In this document: positions 54,644 to 64,000 of the stretch, one piece after another
Position numbering within the stretch: position 1 is the first letter of the stretch
Layout of the letters: each line of letters opens with the position of its first letter
Assembly: GCA_020632135.1 (NCBI GenBank)
Contig: JACKGC010000001.1
Coordinates: 517,124 to 581,123 of the forward strand
DNA length: 64,000 nucleotides
Source of the DNA: Candidatus Nomurabacteria bacterium
Lineage (GTDB): Bacteria; Patescibacteriota; Minisyncoccia; Phycocordibacterales; UBA918
Reading direction: 5' to 3'
Notes under the pieces: model-generated
Database searches by the model: none
Told to the model about the DNA's origin: nothing
What the model saw: the letters and a program-made list of their open reading frames with translations, nothing else
Program-made: the position numbers and the translations under genes

Positions 54644-57600
54644 ATGGGTCAGGTTCGATTAACAACATACGTCGCACAAACACTTGCTCTGTTAGTAAGT
54701 ATTTTTGCTTTGTTGTTGCCGATCACCAATGTCGTCGCCCAACCCACCCCCCACATCAACTATCAAGGCAAACTCACTGATGCCACCGGCGCCGCCGTCA
54801 CCAACGGCTCATACAACATGCGCTTCTGGCTCCTGCAGAGTGAAGCGCAAGCTACCACCAGCGCCGTCTGGACCGAGTCCCTCACTGGCAGCAACCAGGT
54901 CACGGTCACTAACGGCCTCTTCAGTGTCATGCTCGGCTCAACGTCGCCACTCACGAGCGTCGACTTCAACCAACCCCTCTACCTTGGCGTCGAGATCGGT
55001 GGCACTGGTGCTCCTGCGTGGGATGGGGAGATGAGTCCCCGTAAGCCACTTGGTACCGTCCCCGCCGCTTTTGAGTCCTACCAACTCGGTGGCGTGGCTT
55101 CATCAAGCTTCCTGCGCTCTGACACCGCCGACACCATGGCGGCGACCACCGCCAGTACACTCCTCACCATCACCCAGAGTGGTACCGGTGACATCCTCAA
55201 CCTCTTTGATGGAGCCGAGGAGGTCTTCACCGTCACCGACAATGGCTACGTCGGCATCGGCAACACCTCGGTCCGACTCTTCACGGTCTCGAGTACCAGC
55301 AACGCGGGTGCTCGCTTCATCGATGAATCAAACAGCGTCACCCTCGATACTCGTGCCGAAGACTACCAAGGCTTCATCGGTACGGTCTCCAGCCACGACC
55401 TACGCTTTATCACTGGTAACGCATCTCGTCTCACCCTGGATACAGCTGGTCGCTTTGGTATCGGTACCACCTCACCAGATGCTCTCTTGGCAGTGGGCTC
55501 CAGTACCATCAGTGCGCTTCCCACCGGTGTCCGGTACAACTCCGCCTTCATTGCTGGTAGCTTGGAGCTTGACGGTGCCTTCTACGACAGTGTGAACGAT
55601 TCAGCGGGCGCTGCCGGCATGGTGCTTCAGAGCACCAGCGCCGGCACTGAGTGGGTCGCTACCTCCACCCTCGGCATCAATGGCACTGGTGATGACCTCA
55701 CCGACAACTCCATCGAAGACCTCCAAGACGTTGCCTCGATCACCAACACCTACGGCGACCTCTTCTACTGGAATGGGAGTGCGTGGGCGGATATTGCGAC
55801 GTCATCACTAAACCTCACCTCAGCCTCCATCTCGGGTCTGGATGTGTCTGACGACACTAATCTCACCGTTACCGCTACCGGCCTCACGCTTTCTGGTGAT
55901 GCGGTGGCGTTGGCAGCGGAATATACGATCCCGCGCACCGCTTCCACCACCAACTGGAATGCGTTCTATGATACGCCGAGTAGTCGTATTACTGCCGGTG
56001 ATGCGTTGTCGTGGACGGGTAATACGATGAATATCGACATTGGAGAACTCACGACGGATGCGGGTTTTGGTAGTGGTGATTATCTCGTGTACGAAGATAA
56101 TAGCGGTACGACATACAAAGTAGCGTACGACAATTTGCCAGGCGCGGGTGGTGGCTTGACCTCACTCAATGGACTGACCAGCGCCACACAGGCGTTTGCA
56201 ACCACGAGCGACACCAACGTGACGATCACGATAAATTCATCTGGCCCAACCCACACCTTTACGCCGGGCTGGACAGGTACATTAGCTGGTGCGCGAGGTG
56301 GCACAGGCTTGGGTACTGTGACACAAAACGAACTCTTGATCGGGGGTGCAGGTAATACGTGGACGCAGGTGGCCACGTCTGCACTTAATATAAATACTGA
56401 CCATCTCACTGAGGGCAGCAACCTTTTTTATACTGATACTCGCGTTGCAAATTACATCAACGGATCATCCACATTGCTGCAATCGAACACCGAAGCTGGA
56501 TTAGAAGCGTTTTTAAGTGACGTCTCTAATGTCTTCACTAATACCGATGGCGCACTCAATGATGACAACCTGGCCAACAACTCGATCGAAGATCTTCAGG
56601 ATGTGGCATCCTTCAGTCCAAACACCGGCGACATCCTATACTGGAACGGCGCCACCTGGACGGTCACCGCGACCTCCTCATGGGATACCGATACTCAGCT
56701 CTCAGAAGAGCAGGTCGAAGACTTCGTTGGGGGCATGCTCGGTGGTACCGAGAGCGGTATCAGCGTCACCTACCAAGACGGTACCAACGACATCGACTTC
56801 GTGGTCGATAATGTCACCGCGGCGATGCTCAACGCTGAAGACTTCGGCTCCTTCACCTGCAACGGCACCACCTGTTCGGTTGATGCTGGTGCGATCAGCA
56901 ACGCCATGCTCGCCAATAGCTCGGTCTCATACGGTGGGGTCTCGGTCTCCCTCGGCAGCAGCGATGCCACTCCAGCCTTCAACCTAGCGGATGCCACTGG
57001 TCTGCCGATCAGTACGGGTGTCTCTGGTCTTGGTACCAACGTGGCCACGTTCCTCGCCACCCCATCAAGCGCCAACCTCGCGGCGGCCGTGACCGGTGAG
57101 ACCGGTAGTGGTGCCCTGGTGTTTGGTACGAACCCAACCCTCTCGGGCGCGACCTTAAACGGCACGCTCTCGTTTGATGCTACCGGAGAAAACAACATCG
57201 AAGCACTCATCTTTGACGCTGACGCGGAAACCATCAGTGGCGCTTGGACGGTGGCTGATGACATCAATTTCACCTTCGGTTCAAACAGTGACTGGCAGAT
57301 CCAGTATGACGAAGCGGTCGACAACCAGCTCCTCTTTGTGACCACTAATACCAGCGCGATTGCCACCACCGACCCAATGGTCGAGTTCCTCGTGGGTACC
57401 ACCCCAACCGCTGACCAACAGGTCTTCGGGGTAGCGAAGGGTACCCAGGCTGCCAACACCCCCCTCCTTACCCTCGATGAAGATGGCGACCTGGTCATCA
57501 ATGGCACCCTCGGTATCACCGGCGCCCTGACCTTCTCTGGTACCGGTGCGCTCAACGGTGTTGATTCCATCGACGGTACGACTGAAAGCACCATCGAAGC

Positions 57601-60600
57601 GGCGATCGACACCCTCGGTAGTCTCACTGCAGCAGCGTCACTGGCGACCGTTGGTACGATCACCTCTGGTACCTGGCAGGGTGGCGTGATCGATGAGACC
57701 TACCTCGATAGTGATCTGCTCACCGCCACTGACATCGGTTCTTCGGTGCAAGGATACAACGCCAACACCTCGATCCTCGGCAGCACCATCAATGTGACCG
57801 AGCTCGCGTCTGAGGACTTTGGTGATTTCACCTGCAACGGTACGACGTGTACCCTCGATGGTTCATATCTCACCGGCAACGAGACCATCACCCTCTCGGG
57901 TGACGTGACCGGCTCAGGCGCCACCTCGATCACCACCAGCATCGCTGCTGGCTCTATCATCGAACCAGATCTCGATGCTGATGTGGCCGCTGTCGATGGT
58001 GACTACCTCCAGTACGACAGCACTGGCACCAACTTCACCTGGCGCTCAGCCAGTGAGGTGAAGACCGACCTCTCACTCAATAACGTGGAGAACACCGCGC
58101 TCTCCACTTGGGCGGGCTCAAGCAACCTCACCACCGTTGGCACCCTCACGAGTGGTACCTTGGCGCTTGATTCACTCTCCTTCAGTGGCACGCTCGATGA
58201 TACCTATGTGAATGACGCCATCACTGTTTCCGGTGGTACTCTTGGTGCCAACACCATCAGCTCTGGCGTGACCTGGACTACCAGTGGCACCCTGACCATC
58301 GGTGACGGCGGTGATCGTATCGACATCGCTTCAAACACCTGGGACGTGACCAACGGCACCATCACTGGCGCCACCTGGAACGGCAGTGCCATCGATTTCT
58401 CTTCATATACTAATGCGACCGCTGGCACCGGTATCCTCTTTAGTGGTGACGCTATCGGCTTCGATTGTTCTGAGGTCGAAGGTACTGGTATCAACTGTTC
58501 CGGTGAAGCGATCACCCTAGACACCACAGGTAGCTGGACCGGTACTCTTGATGGGGTAGACAGTACCGGCTTCTTACTCTCAGGCGCGAGCGATTCATAC
58601 ACCTCAGGTACCCTGACTTTTGATTCAGGAACTTCACTTGACCTCAATACCGCTAATCTCAGCATTGCCGATACAAGTATTAACTTCGATGGAGCTTCAA
58701 CCAACTTCAACGTAACCGGGGACTGGACGGTTAACTCAGACGACTTGTTGGTCGATAAGACCACCGGCTATGTGAGTGTGGGTAGTTCGTCACCAAACGC
58801 TAAGCTCTCTGTCGAAAATCTTAATTTCAGCGGCGCCGGCGTCGTGGGTATGGACCAATACTACGAAACTGAGAACAGTGTTCTTAGTGCGGTGCAGTAT
58901 GGCAACCGCTTTTACCTCGATGCCAACAACACCGCTACCACCACGATCGTGGGCAGCATGTTCCGCATCCAAGATGACACTACCTATGGCAATACCGTAC
59001 GTGGGCTTGAGGTGCAGAGTAATAAGGGAGTGAACACTAACGGCGAAAACACCGCGCTCTCTGGCTTTGCCCGCACTTTTGGTGTGCGTGGTGTGACGTC
59101 AGGCGATGCGGGCGGCACCCATGAGCCGGCGGGCGGCTATTTCGAGACTGAAGGAGCAGCGCAAGGTAACGCGATCCGTGGCTATTCTGACACCATTACC
59201 ACTGCGACTCTCCTCAGCCTTTTCCAAGACACGAGTGCTTTTGCAGGTACTGGTTTGGAGATGAACTTTGGTAACACGACTGGTTCGTTCTCATCAACCA
59301 CCTCTAAGTACCTTGATTTCCAAAACGCTGGTACTTCAGTCTTCACCGTATCTGCTTTTGGTACAACTACGATTGGTCGCAACGATGGAAACACAAGTAA
59401 TCAAGCTGGTCTCCAAATTCCGTATGGCGGACTCTGTGTCGATAATGATGGTGAGTGTAACGCGTCAACGACCGGTCGTATCAGTGCTATCAACTACCAC
59501 ACGGGCGATTCTGACCTTGCGGAAATGTACTTCTCTGGAACGGAGTTAGAGACAGGTGAAGTGGTTATGTTGGCTGGCGGATTGTCGATCGATCGTGCTC
59601 TGCCAGGAGCAGATACACCGGTCATTGGTATCGTTTCAACAAAACCAGGTATGACGCTTGGTGCCGACGATAAGTCGCTGGTAGAGGGTGAACGCGGCTA
59701 CCCAGTAGCGCTTACCGGACGTGTCCCGGTAAAGCTCTCAACAGAGAACGGCCCAATTAAGAAGGGTGATGTGCTTATGCTCTCGTCGCTACCTGGTGTG
59801 GCGATGAAGGCGACTGGTACCGGTGCCACGATCGGTATTGCGCTTGAGGATTTTGATGATACTCGAATGTACTCAGACACGCTCATCAATCAGTTTGGTG
59901 ACGATCTGGTACATCCGGTTTATGAGCCAATTAATTCAGTGCTTGACCCACGGATCAACGATGGCTGCTACTACAGTGGTGGTGGTGCAATTGGTGATGA
60001 GCCTTGTGTGCCACTAGCTGCGACAACCACAGATGAACAGATCGAAGAAGCAAATGACTATATCAAGCAACAGGAAGTAGCGCAGCTACTAGAAGAGATG
60101 CGCGAAATTGAAAGCGAGACAGTTGTCCTTAATGCAGATACTGAGGTGCAGGTGGGGCAAATCGTGGTCTTTGTCGATCTCTCATACCGCTGGGTTGATG
60201 ATTCACAGCTTGCGACATTGGGGGCACTTATGGGTACTGCCAGTCTGAGTACTTTTGGTGAGGACGAAACCGAAACACTCTTTGATCGTCTCGTCGCACT
60301 AGCCGATCGCTTTGTCGATGGCGTACTGTCTGTCTTTACGCTCAAGGCCGATCGGGTGGAGGTAGCAGAGGAGCTTTGTGTAGACGATGTGTGTATCACC
60401 GCAGCCGACCTGCGCGCACTCCTAAATGGCCAAGCCGCCGCTGCGGCCTCAACTGCTCCTGAAGCACCAGTCGCTGACGAAGACGAAGATGAAGACGTGG
60501 AAGACGGCGGCAACAGTGCCACCAACGAGACAGGGGATGGTGAAAATTCTACAGAAGAAGACGCGAGCATTGCCACCTCGAGCACACCAACTCCAGACGC

Positions 60601-60925
60601 CACCACTACTGCGGTCACTGCAGAAGAGGACGCTGCAAGCAGCATGGACGTAGTAGAGGAGGAAAGCGATGCGGCCACCACTACTCCAGCAGCTGAGGAG
60701 GTAGCAGCTGCGACAGATGACAATGAGGAAACAGCCAGCGGCGCGGCTGACTCCGAAGCATCCGCAGAGTCTGCTACCGACACCACCGACAGTGCTGAAC
60801 CTCCACCTCCCGAAGACCCGCCAGCCGCGCCGCCGACCCCCGCTGAAGAACCAACTGAAACCGACTCACCACCAGAACCAGACACCACCGAAGACCCATT
60901 ACCAGCCACCGAACCTAACTCATAA
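54644..60925 (+). CDS. Giant secreted surface protein (2093 aa), tail-fibre/adhesin-like with internal repeats and acidic Pro-rich C-terminal tail
   Basis: Signal/anchor LALLVSIFALLLPITNVVA. Thr/Ser/Gly/Asn-rich beta-type composition. Repeated modules NSIEDLQDVAS...YWNG..W (nt 55706 and 56579) and EDFG.FTCNGTTC (nt 56837 and 57812). The last 170 or so residues are D/E/T/A/P-rich. Confidence 0.8.
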   Translation: MGQVRLTTYVAQTLALLVSIFALLLPITNVVAQPTPHINYQGKLTDATGAAVTNGSYNMRFWLLQSEAQATTSAVWTESLTGSNQVTVTNGLFSVMLGSTSPLTSVDFNQPLYLGVEIGGTGAPAWDGEMSPRKPLGTVPAAFESYQLGGVASSSFLRSDTADTMAATTASTLLTITQSGTGDILNLFDGAEEVFTVTDNGYVGIGNTSVRLFTVSSTSNAGARFIDESNSVTLDTRAEDYQGFIGTVSSHDLRFITGNASRLTLDTAGRFGIGTTSPDALLAVGSSTISALPTGVRYNSAFIAGSLELDGAFYDSVNDSAGAAGMVLQSTSAGTEWVATSTLGINGTGDDLTDNSIEDLQDVASITNTYGDLFYWNGSAWADIATSSLNLTSASISGLDVSDDTNLTVTATGLTLSGDAVALAAEYTIPRTASTTNWNAFYDTPSSRITAGDALSWTGNTMNIDIGELTTDAGFGSGDYLVYEDNSGTTYKVAYDNLPGAGGGLTSLNGLTSATQAFATTSDTNVTITINSSGPTHTFTPGWTGTLAGARGGTGLGTVTQNELLIGGAGNTWTQVATSALNINTDHLTEGSNLFYTDTRVANYINGSSTLLQSNTEAGLEAFLSDVSNVFTNTDGALNDDNLANNSIEDLQDVASFSPNTGDILYWNGATWTVTATSSWDTDTQLSEEQVEDFVGGMLGGTESGISVTYQDGTNDIDFVVDNVTAAMLNAEDFGSFTCNGTTCSVDAGAISNAMLANSSVSYGGVSVSLGSSDATPAFNLADATGLPISTGVSGLGTNVATFLATPSSANLAAAVTGETGSGALVFGTNPTLSGATLNGTLSFDATGENNIEALIFDADAETISGAWTVADDINFTFGSNSDWQIQYDEAVDNQLLFVTTNTSAIATTDPMVEFLVGTTPTADQQVFGVAKGTQAANTPLLTLDEDGDLVINGTLGITGALTFSGTGALNGVDSIDGTTESTIEAAIDTLGSLTAAASLATVGTITSGTWQGGVIDETYLDSDLLTATDIGSSVQGYNANTSILGSTINVTELASEDFGDFTCNGTTCTLDGSYLTGNETITLSGDVTGSGATSITTSIAAGSIIEPDLDADVAAVDGDYLQYDSTGTNFTWRSASEVKTDLSLNNVENTALSTWAGSSNLTTVGTLTSGTLALDSLSFSGTLDDTYVNDAITVSGGTLGANTISSGVTWTTSGTLTIGDGGDRIDIASNTWDVTNGTITGATWNGSAIDFSSYTNATAGTGILFSGDAIGFDCSEVEGTGINCSGEAITLDTTGSWTGTLDGVDSTGFLLSGASDSYTSGTLTFDSGTSLDLNTANLSIADTSINFDGASTNFNVTGDWTVNSDDLLVDKTTGYVSVGSSSPNAKLSVENLNFSGAGVVGMDQYYETENSVLSAVQYGNRFYLDANNTATTTIVGSMFRIQDDTTYGNTVRGLEVQSNKGVNTNGENTALSGFARTFGVRGVTSGDAGGTHEPAGGYFETEGAAQGNAIRGYSDTITTATLLSLFQDTSAFAGTGLEMNFGNTTGSFSSTTSKYLDFQNAGTSVFTVSAFGTTTIGRNDGNTSNQAGLQIPYGGLCVDNDGECNASTTGRISAINYHTGDSDLAEMYFSGTELETGEVVMLAGGLSIDRALPGADTPVIGIVSTKPGMTLGADDKSLVEGERGYPVALTGRVPVKLSTENGPIKKGDVLMLSSLPGVAMKATGTGATIGIALEDFDDTRMYSDTLINQFGDDLVHPVYEPINSVLDPRINDGCYYSGGGAIGDEPCVPLAATTTDEQIEEANDYIKQQEVAQLLEEMREIESETVVLNADTEVQVGQIVVFVDLSYRWVDDSQLATLGALMGTASLSTFGEDETETLFDRLVALADRFVDGVLSVFTLKADRVEVAEELCVDDVCITAADLRALLNGQAAAAASTAPEAPVADEDEDEDVEDGGNSATNETGDGENSTEEDASIATSSTPTPDATTTAVTAEEDAASSMDVVEEESDAATTTPAAEEVAAATDDNEETASGAADSEASAESATDTTDSAEPPPPEDPPAAPPTPAEEPTETDSPPEPDTTEDPLPATEPNS

Positions 60926-60927
60926 AT

Positions 60928-63900
60928 ATGAAAAACTCATTCACCTCACAACCGCATAATATACGCAACCTCTTGCAGAGAGTATTGTCGCAGGGCTTCG
61001 TGTTGGCTGTAGTGGCCATTTGTTACGCTCCATTCAGCGCGTACGCACTTGAGTCAACTGGACAGGTGTATCCAACACTCGGTACCTCAGTTTCGGAATC
61101 TCCGTGGTCTGATAATGCATGGACCACTCCGACCAATATCTACACCGACAACGCTGCGACCGCCAACGTGACCGCCTCGACGTTCGACAGTTATGATCAG
61201 ACTTACGTTCTCAAAGCGACGGGTTTTGATTTCAGTTCAATTCCCGATTCTGCCACCATCCTTGGGGTAACGGTGCGGGTCAATGCTTGGTATCGGAGTG
61301 GGCAAGGTGCCGCATCGATCGATCTTTGTCAGCTCCTTGATACTTCACGTGCAAAGGTGGGTACCAACAAATGTAGTACCCCAACCGCTCTTACTACCAC
61401 CAACTCCACCGTCATTACCTTTGGCGGTTCAAGTGACACCTGGGGCAATGCCCTCACACCAGCGTGGCTGAAAGACGCAGACTTTGGCGTGGCACTCGGC
61501 ATGTTAGCGACAGAGGCAAATTCCGATGTTGATGTTGATTATGTCAGTATTGAAGTGACCTACACTGAATCTGATGGAGTGGTGTTTGTATACCCAAGCT
61601 CGATTGGCTCAAGTGATGATACACCTAGCTATAATACTCTGAATGACGCTTGGTACGTTGACGCAGTGGTGACGTCCGACCCTGATCTAGGTGGGAGTCC
61701 CGGTAATACATACCGAGTTCCTGATGAGGATACGCTCCATTTTGATGCTTTTTACACAAGTCTGATCCCAAGTAACGCTGAGATCACTGGCGTTGAGCTG
61801 CAGATCGTCTACGGAGCCGAGGATGGTAATAATGCGAGTAACTACGTCCAGTACAATTCAAACAACGCGATCCAGCTCAGCGATGTGTCTGACTGGGTAG
61901 CTGCCTCGTATGATATTTACGGCAACGATCCTACAGCCGTTGATACAATTGCGGAGATAGCGGGACTTGAGGTTACTTATACGAATAACGATACTGTATC
62001 CTCTGAGTCAATATACTTTGATCAGCTAGCCCTGCTTGTGGAATACGATCTACCAGCTGGCGCTGAGATCACAAAGATATATCCTGATACCAAGGATGGC
62101 TCTGATGATACTGGCGAAGCGTTGACTGAGGTGATCGCTACAGATAGTGGGATAGACCCAGACTCTCTTAATAGTGCGACCGCCTCAGATGGTGCGTATA
62201 CGGTAGAGAAGAGCAGTGTCTTGTACTACTCAGGGTTCGACACTAGTAGTCTGCCAGAAGGGATTCTCATTGACTCAGTTAATCTAGTAGTGGTGTATGG
62301 TGTTGAAGATAATTATGATGGAACTAACTCGGTGCAGTTCCTCAATTCTTCAGCTTCGCTCCAAAACGCGATCAACATCTCAGACATTGATAATTGGAGC
62401 ATTGCCTCATACAACATCTCCGATAACGACAGCGCGGCTGCGGACACCTTAAGTGAACTTACCAACATGGAGGTGTATTTCACTAACAATGACTCATTTA
62501 CTGATGGCTCACAGTCTGTTCATTTTGACGAAGTGTATCTCCAGGTGGTGTACCAGGCTGAAGCTACCACGACGGTTTCGGGCACGATCTACAGCGACGC
62601 CGGCTCAACAGCCATCACCTCTGGCCCGACCATTAAGCTCGTGGGGGCAACTTCTACGCCAGCGGTATACAGCACCACCGCCAATGGAAGCGGCGTGTAT
62701 TCCTTCACTGACGTTCCGGTACTGATTGGGAACCCTTTTGCGCTCTACGTCGACGGCGCAGCCGGTACTAAAGCCTATACGTCATACACGGTGAGCTCTA
62801 CGACCTTGGCCATGTCAGACGTACATCTCTACAAAGACCATGTGATCGTGCGCAGTCAGGAAGCGGGTGTGGTTGGAGTAGACGAACTGAGTTTTTATGA
62901 TTCGAGCGATGATGCTGACATTCAGATGACTGCCTCATCTACTGACGACTCGCTCTTAGTAGGGAGCGGCAACACCTTCTATATTTGGCCGGGCACGACA
63001 TTCACCGCACCAGCCTCGACCACCTACGCTGGCTCACTCCAGGTAGAAGGTAGCTACACCGCTGCGGGCACGGCGTATTTCACTGGTACAAGTGAAACGA
63101 TCAGCGGCACCACGAGCAGTAGTTCTGGCTTAGGCACCATCGTCATCACTGGCTCATACACCATGAGCGATAACGCCTCAACCACCAACCTCACCATCAA
63201 CTCGGGCGGTACGCTGGTGGCACCACCACTGCTGACGGTCAGTGAAACATATGCCAACAACGGCACCTTTACGGCCAACGGTGGGCACCTGTTCTTGGTG
63301 GGTGGTGCCGGGACGATCGGTACTTCCGCTAAGATCGGCGGTGATGGGGTTAATAGCTCATGGAGTTCAGGTAGTATTGGTGGAGTTGACGTGCTCTACG
63401 CGAACGGCACCGACCTATATGCTGGTTTGTTGGATTCTTCTGGCTTCACTGGTGCCGCTGTGGCTAAATTTAATGGTACTAACTGGTCTTTAATCGGTGA
63501 TGAGGCTGATTGGAGTGGGTCTGAGTATGCGTACATTGGTGATATTGTCGAAACCCCTGGTGGGTCGTTGGTGGCCGCTCCAAGTGCTGGCTATAGTGAC
63601 GGCGAGATATGGTATACCAACAATGGGGGGTCTACGTGGAGTCAGTTGGGGGGCCGTAGTGTAGGGGGTTCGTGGTCGAGCGCAATTCCGTATGTAGAAG
63701 ATATGCTGGTTAATGACACCTACCTCTATGCCGCGATCGGTGGTTCTGCTGGCGATGCCGAAGTGTGGCGGTATCCCCTTGGTGTGGGAGGGTGGACCAA
63801 GATCGGCGGTGACGGTGCAAACTCTTCATGGTCAACGAGTTATGAATATGTCTTTGCGCTCGAAGAGATCGGCTCTAATTTATACGCCGGTTTAGGCAAC

Positions 63901-64000
63901 AGTTCAGGCGATGCTGAAGTATGGCAATACAATGGCTCTACTTGGACCAAGATCGGTGGTGATGGCACGAATTCTTCTTGGTCGAGTGGTTACGAGCGGG
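60928..64000 (+). CDS. Second giant secreted protein, 3'-truncated by the window (over 1024 codons), not listed in the ORF track
   Basis: ATG at 60928, 2 nt after the upstream stop. I translated the frame by hand from 61021 to 63420 and at 63961-64000 and saw no stop. N-terminal TM/signal FVLAVVAICYAPFSAYA. Repeated modules of about 130 aa ending in V(T/E)Y. The C-terminal part has repeats of about 50 aa: LYAG.G...GDAEVW.Y.G..WTKIGGDG.NSSW (beta-propeller-like). Confidence 0.75.
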   Translation, partial: MKNSFTSQPHNIRNLLQRVLSQGFVLAVVAICYAPFSAYALESTGQVYPTLGTSVSESPWSDNAWTTPTNIYTDNAATANVTASTFDSYDQTYVLKATGFDFSSIPDSATILGVTVRVNAWYRSGQGAASIDLCQLLDTSRAKVGTNKCSTPTALTTTNSTVITFGGSSDTWGNALTPAWLKDADFGVALGMLATEANSDVDVDYVSIEVTYTESDGVVFVYPSSIGSSDDTPSYNTLNDAWYVDAVVTSDPDLGGSPGNTYRVPDEDTLHFDAFYTSLIPSNAEITGVELQIVYGAEDGNNASNYVQYNSNNAIQLSDVSDWVAASYDIYGNDPTAVDTIAEIAGLEVTYTNNDTVSSESIYFDQLALLVEYDLPAGAEITKIYPDTKDGSDDTGEALTEVIATDSGIDPDSLNSATASDGAYTVEKSSVLYYSGFDTSSLPEGILIDSVNLVVVYGVEDNYDGTNSVQFLNSSASLQNAINISDIDNWSIASYNISDNDSAAADTLSELTNMEVYFTNNDSFTDGSQSVHFDEVYLQVVYQAEATTTVSGTIYSDAGSTAITSGPTIKLVGATSTPAVYSTTANGSGVYSFTDVPVLIGNPFALYVDGAAGTKAYTSYTVSSTTLAMSDVHLYKDHVIVRSQEAGVVGVDELSFYDSSDDADIQMTASSTDDSLLVGSGNTFYIWPGTTFTAPASTTYAGSLQVEGSYTAAGTAYFTGTSETISGTTSSSSGLGTIVITGSYTMSDNASTTNLTINSGGTLVAPPLLTVSETYANNGTFTANGGHLFLVGGAGTIGTSAKIGGDGVNSSWSSGSIGGVDVLYANGTDLYAGLLDSSGFTGAAVAKFNGTNWSLIGDEADWSGSEYAYIGDIVETPGGSLVAAPSAGYSDGEIWYTNNGGSTWSQLGGRSVGGSWSSAIPYVEDMLVNDTYLYAAIGGSAGDAEVWRYPLGVGGWTKIGGDGANSSWSTSYEYVFALEEIGSNLYAGLGNSSGDAEVWQYNGSTWTKIGGDGTNSSWSSGYER

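Noticed and set aside
56770-57663. Long antisense ORFs inside the giant gene (for example 56770-57663 at 297 aa, 60058-60909 at 283 aa, 58204-58764 at 186 aa), plus several same-strand off-frame ORFs
   Set aside because: They lie entirely within a strongly supported 2093-codon frame. They encode low-complexity Ser/Val/Ala/Pro-rich sequence and lack any promoter or start context. They are explained by the GC3-rich codon bias of the sense frame.
54644-64000. Diversity-generating retroelement targeting the giant proteins
   Set aside because: There is no reverse transcriptase gene in the window. By eye I found no near-identical template/variable repeat pair with adenine-specific differences. This cannot be excluded without a computed repeat search.

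Overview
This 64-kb chromosomal window is most consistent with a small-genome Patescibacteria/CPR-type bacterium. The evidence is a divergent 16S gene with mismatches at the classic 341F and 515F primer sites, an unlinked 16S gene, a type IV pilin, giant surface proteins and a histone-H1-like protein. Contents from left to right:
- 1-2.9 kb: a GC-rich block of three secreted or lipoprotein genes that carry AGGAG Shine-Dalgarno (SD) sites.
- A GspG-like pilin.
- A stand-alone 16S rRNA gene (4346 to about 5800). A structured element of about 100 nt lies between helix 45 and the only CUCC-containing anti-SD (ASD)-like decamer.
- A VirB2-like pilin.
- tRNA-Ile(GAU), followed by a perfect 64-bp partial duplicate and further decayed copies.
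- Peptidoglycan genes: murD, a pgeF-like gene, murC, an L,D-transpeptidase (LDT)-like/DD-carboxypeptidase fusion, and a disrupted murB.
- rsmI.
- A VirD4/TraD-like ATPase with a lamin-tail domain (LTD)/PKD surface protein.
- 20.3-45.8 kb: a surface-glycan locus of about 25 kb with GT4 glycosyltransferases, methyltransferases, a deacetylase, a flippase and a Wzy-like protein. It contains a low-GC sub-island encoding PAPS synthesis (sat-cysC), a sulfotransferase, an AsnB-like amidoligase, a CysK-like PLP enzyme and an unknown protein.
- Housekeeping genes secA, obg and gatB.
- Two paralogous membrane-anchored helix-turn-helix (HTH) proteins upstream of two giant secreted proteins (2093 aa and more than 1024 aa; the second runs off the window and is absent from the ORF track).

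At least 16 genes have a TATAAT-like box 6-10 nt before the ATG, which suggests leaderless mRNAs. I saw no CRISPR array, transposase, integrase or recognisable defence gene. All family calls rest on motif recognition by eye, not on database searches.
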